Assembly: GCA_964035545.1 (NCBI GenBank)
Contig: OZ037765.1
Span: 16,802,995-16,866,994, forward strand
Direction of reading: 5' to 3'
Length of the DNA: 64,000 bases
From: Bugula neritina
Taxonomy: Eukaryota > Animalia > Bryozoa
In this document: piece by piece, positions 13,385 to 23,986 of the stretch
Layout of the letters: each line of letters opens with the position of its first letter
How positions within the stretch are numbered: the stretch's first letter is position 1
The notes under the pieces: model-generated
What the model saw: only the letters and a program-made list of their open reading frames with translations
Told to the model about the DNA's origin: nothing
Database searches by the model: none
Position numbers and translations under genes: made by a program

Positions 13385-16300
13385 ATGACATTAGTTACTG
13401 CTGTCGAGTATACCTGCTGCCTCTGCAAACGTGGTGGTCAGACAGTCAAACATTCACCTAGCACCGTCACCAGACTGTTAGGAGTTCTAAATCTCAGTAC
13501 ACTTCCGTCTGCGTTATCAAAGTCAGAGCTAGACGAAAGAATAGGTCTGTGTGATAGTTGTGAGAAGCAGCTGAAGAAGGTGGAGGAAGCAGATACCGTG
13601 AGAGAGAAATTAAAGGAATCACTCAAGAATAATCTTGAGCATCTTTCAACACCTGTTACTGGTAAATTTTAATAAGATTTTATAAACTGTTGAAAAGCGT
13701 AAATTAAAAGAAATGGTTTTATATGTTTTAGAAGTTAAATATTCGTAAAACAGTGCTCAAACAGTTTGTAAAATCAGTCATATTTGTGTTGCTCTAAAGC
13801 AGCTGTCATCCAAATTTCCACTGGCTGGTGCTGTGTGTATTGGCCAACACCTTGTCTATGTGCTCTGCTGTCACCTGTTGTAGCTGACCAGCTTCCTAAC
13901 ACTACATTAATAATTGAACTTGTAAGAACTAAATTATTCCAAATTATACAGTGAGTGCAATCCTAATTACTATCTTTAGTTGCAGTACATTTAGCTAGCA
14001 ATGGGGTTATTATGTTACTAGTCAACCAAAGCTAGTCATTATGCAGCCTTAATATTTGCTGTCATTTGAATCGGCCTTTGACAGCTAAACGTAATTTATC
14101 AGTTCAATTCAATTCAATGGCCTAGCATTGTTGTTATACTCATGGCTGTTTATAAGCTGTGCTTTGTGCTGAGCTCATCAATTGAAAAAGGATTTTGAAC
14201 TGTCACATTGACCTATATAGCAATAGCACGGTTTTCCATCATAATTATTATGCTGCTTGTGTCGTAAACAACTAAGGCACGTTATTTGCGCCATCTTTAG
14301 CCAAGTGGAAATCATGGAATACTGGGATTTTGATTCCTTCTTTTCAGATAAGTACTCTTCGGATATGAGTTTACCTCTGCTAGGTGGCACCCCTGTGCCG
14401 GGCAGCTTTCCTTTCCAGCATACTATGCACAAAGCTAATGAAATCACTCCTAGTCTTCAACATTCCATGAAACGTAAAATCTCTAACATAGCCAACTTGT
14501 CGACTGACACCAGTGGTTCCTGTAAAAAGTTGCGTAAGGCTCAACTGGAAGAATCATATGAAGCAAGAGATGGTCACACTTACGCTGATTCCTCAGATGA
14601 GGAAAATGCTTTGAAGGTAAGGTTTTATTTGAAATATGTGAATATATACCATTACTGTGAATATATACCATTACTGTGAGTTTATATATTGGCTGCCATT
14701 AGCATGGGGGAGAAGGTGCTTGCAGGTCAAAGCAGCAGTCATTGGTTTAAACTGCCAGTCAATCATTAGAACCTTATGCTAAACTACAACATATCTTTTC
14801 AAATATATATACGATATATGTTTATGTGTCATGGTTTTGAAAATGGGAAACTGGTTTTGTATATGATGTCTAATGGTAAATAATTTAACCACCGTTGCAA
14901 AGTTTCTAACGTCTACATTGCATGCTCAATTTAATTTTATGTCGACTGGTTTTGCCTTAAATTCAATGGAGGTATAGAGATTTCAGAATTTGCCTAATTG
15001 TAGTTTTTTTAAACTCTGCACTTTCAATCAAATCGTTTAATCAGGAGATATAAGTCAAATATAGGTAATAGACGCACCTTTTAGTATATTTTGATTAAAT
15101 TGGGATGGTATATCTACCAAAAATAAGGGCGAATTGATCTTTTGAATTTATTTCTGTCTGCTTATTGAATTGTTTAACTTTTTTGTCACTAAAACTATAC
15201 TTTTTCATATAATACTTGTCATTTTGTATATAGAAATAGTTCTCTGCCTGTTTTTGGTTCATAAAACTACCACATATGTATACTTTTTTATTAGCTCCAG
15301 TTTCTAATTTTTATGCAACTCCTTTTTATTAAGGTGAAGATGTCTTGAAATAGTTTTTGTTCCTAAAAGAATGAATATTTTCAAAATCTATTGCCTAATC
15401 TTGTTTGACATTCCCATTAGTAATTAACTGTGTGTTTGTAAATTCTTCTAGATCAGTGGAACGTCCCCACACAGCAGTCTAAGTGACTACACTCCACCAC
15501 CATCCATCTCTCCTCGACCCAACTCAGGTCACATCACACTTGCCCCCACAGAGTCTGTACAACAGGTAGGTTATGAGCAGCTCTTTCTTGAATTATGCAT
15601 TTGCTACAGATTTACTTACATCTTATCTGAATGGTTTCCAGCATGAGTATATTGTTTGAGTGGAATCAGTGCTGTGCTCTGTTGACTGCAGCAATTGTTA
15701 GTGGGCTGCTTCTCAACATTCTGGTACGTGTGAGAGGCTGACACTTATGATTCTTATTGAGAGTGTGGTAAGACTGGTGTTGGTGCCAAAGCTCAGCTGG
15801 GTGTCTCTATTGGAGCAGCTGGATTACGGTGCACTGGTATGAGTTGCAGTGTTGTAGTTGGTAGCCACTGATTGGCTGGGCATGGTAACTGTTGACCTGA
15901 TGAGTTGGCACTAGCTGATAAATTTGTTTGGCAGCTGAGTGATGGCCTGGCAGTGACAGTGAGAGCCTAGCAGCTACTCTAGTAGTGTGTAGTTTGCCTT
16001 CCATCTGTTATTCTGCTGGCAATTTGTTGATCACAGTTTGGTCACACATGATTGATGTCATTGCATCAATAAGTGCGAAAATAGATTAAAAGGAAGATGA
16101 GGCAGTATGACCAACATTGTTGACATATTTTGATGGTGAATTTCTGATTGCCATTACATTATTTTTGATGAGGAAACATTGAGGTTTAGCTTGTTAGAAT
16201 TATAATTAACTATTTTATAGCAGGGTTGGAGCTTGATCACCTACTTGCAGGGTCTTCATAAATCTTCAACTTTAAGGTGCATGTCATGAAGACCTAGTTC

Positions 16301-19300
16301 TACTTTGGGAGGATAACTCTTTATTATTGTAACTAGGGGTTTTAACCTTGTACTTGTATTTAGGTACTGACAGAATTGCCTTGTGGAAGAAACAGGCGTA
16401 AGCAGGCAAGGCCAGTTAAGGCTGAGGTGTTGCCAAACCAGAAGTTCTTCGCTCAATGTTCACCGCCCATGTCAATGCGGACTCCCTCCCCTGCAGTGCC
16501 CTCAGAGAGAGACAGCCCGTCAGCTGGTAATCCTAGTCGGGGCTCTACACCGAAGCTGCTGGCCTCTGTCTCTCCTCTCTCACTAGCATGTCAACTACCC
16601 CAGCCTCCCACACCCCTTCCTTCTGTGTCATCAGCCTGTGCAGCTGTGACCAGTTCAGCTGCTGCATTATCTGGCAAAGTTACACCATCTTGTGATAGTG
16701 TGAGTTCACTGAGTGCTACTCCTATCTCTAATACTCTTCCACTAGCCAGCTCCCTGCCCTTGTCATATCCCTCATTCTACTCCAACAGCATACAAAACAA
16801 CCTCATTCTCCTCCACTCTCAGCCCTCCATGCAAACACCTGCCGCTGCCTCAGCCATGTTGTTTGCCCAAACACTTCTCAATTCTGTCTCCAAAACACCA
16901 GCTATGCTGCCCATCAACGGCAGCAGTATGTTCAGACAGAATAACCAAGCTGCAACTAGCCGGTCACTGCCCTTCACCAAATCAAATTCTGAATCAAAAG
17001 CTGAGCAGTCTGTTTCCAAATCTCTGTTACCGGCAAAGAAAGAGCCTAAAGTTTCACCAATTAACTATTCAACACATTCTGTGAGTATCCATACGACATA
17101 GTTTATGTGGTAATTTATGCTTGTTTAATTTTCTGAAATGTCTTTGTCCACCAGGAACAGGGTTTGTAGACAGCATTTATACACGTGTACTAGCTTAGAT
17201 ATTTACAGGAGTAAAAATTTTTACTAGTGCTGCTATTTCACAACTGGCCATACTAACTAGAAGTCATTTGTGAACAAAAAGCCACTGACAAGATTAATCC
17301 TTTAGTTTCAACTCAGAGTACCTCTTTGTTGTTTTATTGAAGTTTAGATTAAGGCACTCATCTATTATAACTCCCCCCCCCCCACCCTCTACTAAATGAA
17401 AGCAGACTATTTGATTGCTAGCATTTAGTACACTCTGGCCATTTTAACTGTTTCTTATAGTTTCTTCTGTACAATTATAGAATTCTGCAATGGCTCTCTC
17501 CTCCCACAACTCTGGGCTGCTAGCTAAGACCATAGAGACGCACACTCTGGTGAAGACAGATAAAAGGAGGTATTGTAAGGTCTGCGCAGCTTCCAGCCGT
17601 AAAGCCAACAATGGCCGGCCTCCACAGTCTAGGTAATGACACTGCATGCACTGGTTGTACATGGCTGTGTTTAGTGTGAAGTGGCTTATAAATTAACAAG
17701 ACCTTGCACTACTATTTACCCCAAATAAAATATGCATTCAATCTCTTCTCTACTTGAATTACCTTACACTAGAGTTTTACTTACTTTGATGGAAAAATAG
17801 CCCCATTTGTTTGTGAGCTGATAACTCCACACAAAGTTTTTGTCTATTCAACTTGCTTTTAGATATTATGCTGGTTATGCAAGTGTAGTTTTTCTTACTA
17901 TTTGTACATGTTGGCAAGAATGAAGCCCTGCTTTTACTTACCTACTTTTTTGCTTTTACTTTGTTTTATATAATGCTTCTGCATTAGATATGAGTGAGGT
18001 ATTTATTGTTTGTGCAGGTTTTTGTGTCTGGTGTGTGACTTGCCCATGTGTAGAAGTTGTATAGAAGAACACAGGTTCATGGTTATGTAAGTATATCTGC
18101 TTTTCCTTCCTTTAACCCCAACTACATTACTATAGCATCAAATAATTATAGCCATGTTGTTAATATATACCAACTGTTGGCATCACAACTTGGGACATGT
18201 TGAAGTGAGAAATATTTTAGTCATTTTAAAAGTCAAAGAATACAAGACATTCTAGAACTTCTATCAGGGATATTTTAACTCTGAAAATAGGTCAAAATTT
18301 AACAACAGTTTCTCTAATGAATATTTGCTAGAACTGTATTTTTAAAACAACTTGGTTGAAGCTTCAAATATGTTTACAGCATTATTAATTGCCCGCCGCT
18401 AACTACCAACGTTACACACATTTTCTCACCTTTTAAATATATAAAAACTAACCGTTTGCTGTGAAACACATAGTAGATTTTTACTATCCTAGCTGCTAAA
18501 CTAAGTTCCAGTTTACAATGTATTGCAGCAAGTTTAATAATTCTACATTACTCCTGGTGTGTGTCTTCCAGGTAAATTCAATGTTGTCCAATCTCTATTG
18601 TATTGTATGCAGATGTTTTTATTTCTCCTTATCATTATATTTGTGTGTGAATGTATATAACTTGTCCAAATTTAATCTGTAGTTTTAAGGCTATTTATTA
18701 TTTTGGGAGTTGATTTTGAGTACCAATGAATATTTTTGTTCAAAGTTATGTTGTAAATGCTGAGCATTAATTTGATTTTTGAGCTACTTTTTAACTAGAC
18801 TTCTATGATTAGTATCGTCAGTAGAAAGTATTGTTCAGGCTTTAAGAATGTTCTTTGTTGTATGTGATTTCACTTGCTACAGCTGACAGTGCTATGGTCA
18901 GAGCCAATGCATTACATTGATAACTACATTGTTCTATTTTCAGTTTTCTACACTTACACCTCATAGTGACTACTATCATGTGTAAGTGTTGAAACTAAAA
19001 GTAGACATGTCTTACCACATAGCACTTTATCTGTTACACCACCATTTGTGAACCTAAAAGACCTATTGGTTCTGAGAGGTTTTACCAGTGACCTAGTGCT
19101 TGAGTGATATAAATTTCCTTCCTGAATACATAGTGCAGATCTTGTCTGAATTTATCTCTCTATCTTAAATATCAAACTTTTACATCTGTGATGAGAACAT
19201 CAGCCTAAACCTTACCACTCTGTTTATGACTTTAGGCCAAAATTCCAATTTATAGTTTGATGGCATGTACTTTTTGCATAACTTTGCAGTATCAAGAGCT

Positions 19301-21854
19301 GTTTGATGTATTTTTCTCTCCTATATAATATAATATATGATTGTCTGGTTTCTATGTTGTACTGAACCCAGTCAACTAAACAACTAACTGCTTTTGATTT
19401 GTACAAATTTTGGTAAATTCTGAAATCATGCCTGAAATACAGGGAACAGATGTTGGAGAGAGCAATGAGCTATGACTAAAAGTAGTAGTTACACAGCATT
19501 GTTGAGGAGGAAATCGTAGCTCATGTAGGCTATTTTAGTGATTAACCACCCTGACATTAAACTTTTGAAATCTCTTAGCCTATTGGTAGGTGTGTTGAAA
19601 GCCAAGTAACTGAACTGTGTAATAAATGCTCACGGGCTCATGTTAATAAACTAGCAACTTCTTGAAACTCTATTCATAGGTCTATTAAAACAATTTTTTT
19701 TACAAAATTTGAGGAAGTTTCCCCAACCTGCCTCTAAGTCCTACCATTGTTGAGACTACTATTAACCACACACCTCCTTCTCTCTTATTCCTGTCTATTG
19801 ATTCTGCAGTTTAATCAAGTCATCATCACCTCTTCATGAACTCTTCATATGAATCATGATTGATTTTCCAAAACAGGAAGTCAAATAGTTGTCATCAACT
19901 TACAATTATTGCAATAATTATTCAGTTACTTTCTTGTACCATTTATCACATAGTTTTGTAATGCATGGGTTCACTGCCAGCATTAATAGTAATTTTTGTG
20001 TGAGAGTAGCTGTCTGGACATAACTCGGGTAGTTTTATGATGGGCCAGCTCTGGGTTTTGTCCCACTAAGTTAAACAGCTACTCTGGCATATCTACAGCC
20101 TTCCCCCCCCCCCAACAGGGGTGACCTGAGGGTAGTAAAATAGATAGTTGGCAAAGTTTCAGTTCTAAAGAAATTTAATCTAGATTATGTAATACCTATT
20201 TCAACTATATTTTTAAAAGAAATATATAGAAACTCAATTACAAGTTCTGATTTTAGCTGACTAGCTGCTGTAGGTTCCTGTAAGATATCTGCCAGGTCTA
20301 ACTAAGCTCTCCTAACTGCTGCCATCCGTGTATTCTTCAACTCGATAATTATGCATGGCTAGAATTCTACCAGCTCATTTTATCTGCTAAATATCTTTCA
20401 GGTTGGAATCGGATGAGAATAAGTCAGATGTCAAACCATCAGCATCAGCTAAACTCTTGCAGGCTGTTAAAATGAAAGATAAAGCCAGGAGTTCAACAAC
20501 TAACAAAACTACCAGCTCCAATAAAACAAGCAGCAGTAATCTATCAGCTCCCCCTTCCAACAGCTCATTGATATACGGATCAGCAGCTAGGGCAACCCCT
20601 CCACCTCTTCCCGCTACTCTCCCAGCTTTTCATCAGTCGTCACTCCCTGGCAGCAAAGAGTATGCTGATTCGTTAAACCTACCTCAACCTTCACCTCCGA
20701 GTGTCTCTAGCAACCAGCATCTGTCTGGTAACATGCGTCTCTCCAGCTACAAACCCATAGCTCCGGCTCCACCAAGACCTCCCAGCTCCACTGGTCACAC
20801 CAGCAACTTAGAAAGTAAAGAAAAACACAATGAATGCAGGAGCACAGATGATGTTACATCAGATGAGGTTCATTCAACTAATGGTATTGAAACCAATAGA
20901 GTGCCTACACCTAGCTATGCCTTTCACAAAAATGTTGATCAAACCAACATTACACCAGAAGTAAGTTGGCCTGCTTATAAACTGCAGGCATTTCTCAAAA
21001 TACATTTGTATGCTGGCACTTGAAAAGATAGGCTAGTGTGGTCTTGCTATGCTCAGTTGATGCAAATACAAATTCTAATAGCTTGATTGTATTTCAAACT
21101 GAAGTGAGCTCAACATTCTAAATTGATGAAATGTTTATGAACCCCCTCCCCCTCAACATTATTAGTAGTTGCCGTTTTTAGCAGCTAACTACATTTTATG
21201 AGAATGCCCAGATAAAGTAACAGCAATGTACTGGCTGATTCAGCACTAATACTCTTTCAAGTAAATCAACTTTAATTGAATTTTTGTCTGTTTGTTAATC
21301 TTAATTAATTAGAATATGACAATTGTTGGTAGCCATAGGCGATTGCAACACTCTGCTATTTGCGGCACCCTAATGGTAATACATTTGGAATGCTGTTATT
21401 ATATTATATTATCTGGCTGATGACCTGTGCACCCACTGGTGCTACTAGCTTTTTTGCATGGCTTGTTTACCATGAAGTGGTTGAGTGGTACCACTGCCAG
21501 ACTGGTACTAGTACTGCTTCTACTAATGCTTGATGTAATTTTACTACAGCTGCTACTGTCACCACGCTAACTACTACTATTAGTAATAAATGTATAGTTT
21601 TATTATGGAATTGTGAAGATGTGTGTATGCATTGCATTTAATTTTACTAGATTGCTAGCAAAACAGTGGCAATGCTTCTATCAGTGGAAGAAGATATTTC
21701 TACACCTTCACAGCAAAAGACAAACCAGCAACAGTCAACCTGTTCTTCCAAGTCAGACATTCCATTTACCAGTCGCTCCAATGGCTCTGATAGAATTCCA
21801 TATGACATTCCATATGCTATTGCTTCTCACTCGGAATCAGCAGAAGCCATTTGA
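13385..21854 (+). CDS. Uncharacterised ~786-aa putative transcription factor: ZAD-like N-terminal C4 domain, RRKQxxP motif, Ser/Pro-rich regions, piggyBac-transposase-like C-terminal Cys-rich finger
   Basis: Eight GT-AG exons join in phase without stops: 13385-13661, 14348-14616, 15452-15565, 16364-17080, 17481-17632, 18018-18086, 20402-20960, 21651-21854 (2361 nt incl. stop). The acceptor at 13327 lies upstream of the ATG and the frame is open there, so an N-terminal extension is possible. Confidence 0.8.
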
Positions 21855-23986
21855 TTTTTATACAAACATTTCATTACACTGCAATATTCTTACCTTTTAT
21901 TAAAATCTCTAGATGAACTGCAATTAACGTTTACAGAATTATGTTGCGGTGCTCATTTTCATTTGTATATAGAAAGATATATGGCTAGTGCAATTTTGAT
22001 TCTTTACATGCTCAATCTCTAGCAATTACATTTAATTTTTTCATATTATCAAGTTATTCCATTATTTCAAATTAGACACACTGCTCAAGGGCAGGAAATT
22101 GCTCCACACAGCATGATGACTATAATAGCCAGTGGCTATAAGGATGTGATGGTACTTATTGATGTAGTGCCGCGACATCAACTAAGTTTAGCTTACTATT
22201 ATTAGTATTATATCTCTTCTTTGATAAGGTTTCAGTGGTGCATAGAGAGTGATATTAACCAATTAATCCTAAAGCATTAAATTGTGAGAATATATAAAAT
22301 GTGCAATATCATATGCAATAAATATCCTTTTTAAAGATGCAATATTTCTTACATAAATGTATTTTAGTACATATTACAATACATTTGTAGTTTTACTGCT
22401 TATATCATTCCATGTTAATACTTTCAGATTATAATAAAGTATAAAACTAAAACAATGCTTGGATTGCTTATGTTTGTGCAGCAAGAATCAACACCAGCTG
22501 ACTCTCCTCTTTATCCTCCCTGCCTCAATATTTTCTTTTTTTATAGTATGTTAGTATTACCCCAGACCTTCATGCTCAGAAATATATCTTGTTCAACTTC
22601 ATTTTGCAAATAATAATCAAGCTGTCTTTTGCATGTGTTCATCCAAGGAAGTGTACAACTAGCATGTGGGGGGAGGGGGTTAAATGGTTTCTTGCCATTT
22701 AGGAGAAGTAGTGAATTAAGATAGCCCAAGTTCTTTAATTGTTCTATTAAGTTTTGTTTTGGGGTGCAGGTTGAAGTTCTTGTGAGAACATAGTTTCTTG
22801 TGTTATATTTCTAATTTAGAACATAGGCTTTTCTAACTCTCTCCATTACTTCACTTACCTCCGTTCTCGGACCTTATATGACTATAGCGATATTATATTG
22901 GTAATAATTCTACAATCTTGTTGTAACCAATAATGAATTGAAGATGTAAATGTTTGACTTAGGATCAAGTCTAATTGAGGGAAGGAGTCCCAGCATAATG
23001 CTTCAAGAAATAATATTCCCAGCAGGGCTTTTAAGTAAGTTCTTACTGGTTGTTTGAACAGTAAATACATGGACAGATATAAAATCAAATGATCTTAAAT
23101 GAAGCTAGGGGTATTGGAAAGTTATAACAGCCTCTCTATGTTGTTAAATCTTAATTTGTGACCTGGTTGGTAACTTTGAGAAAATAACCTTCTTGATCAA
23201 CAAAGATTTTTTAGCAGAGCATAAAATTTTGATAGAAAGCTGTGTAACGTAAATAGTTTAAGGGCCCAGAAATTTTCAGATATTGAACTAAAAGGTCTCA
23301 AATTATACTAATTACACAAATTATCGTAATTGTAAGAAGTTAATAGTAAGTATAGTTTTCAGATTAAGAAAATTTTTATGCCATCTTGGAAAGTTTCTAT
23401 ATATTTGTACAATTAAAATAATGTACTTTTTATTTTACTTAGCACAATACCACTACTAATTTTGAAACTAGTAAAGTCTTGTTCTTATAGAAGTTGGTTC
23501 AATCAAAATACCATCAGCCAATTGTGATCACCACTCTTTTCTCTTCCATATGCTAATTTCCTATAAGACAACTTATGTTTTACAGTATAGAAGGAAATAA
23601 AATGCAGCGTGACTCAAAAGCATTATATGCATTGTATATTTTGATAAATATAAGAACATGCTTCCAAATATATATAATAATAAAATAGGAACAAAGTAAA
23701 ACATATTATTGTCTTAATTCAGGAGCTTTGCTTTATCAATATGTATATGCCTTGTCTAAATTGGTATCAGCCGCAGTATGTAAATCCTTTAGTAAAGCTG
23801 ATACAGCCTATAACTTGTTTGTTTGTTTGTTTGGTTTATTTCATCAAAGGTATTTAATAACACAAGGACATTAGAAAATGCCAAGGAGGCGATGATGAGG
23901 CCCATTGCGCTATAGCCTAGCTAGTCATGCGCGGGCCAACACGAGCTGACAGCGACTCTATCCAGAAAAATACAAAAAAAATACAA

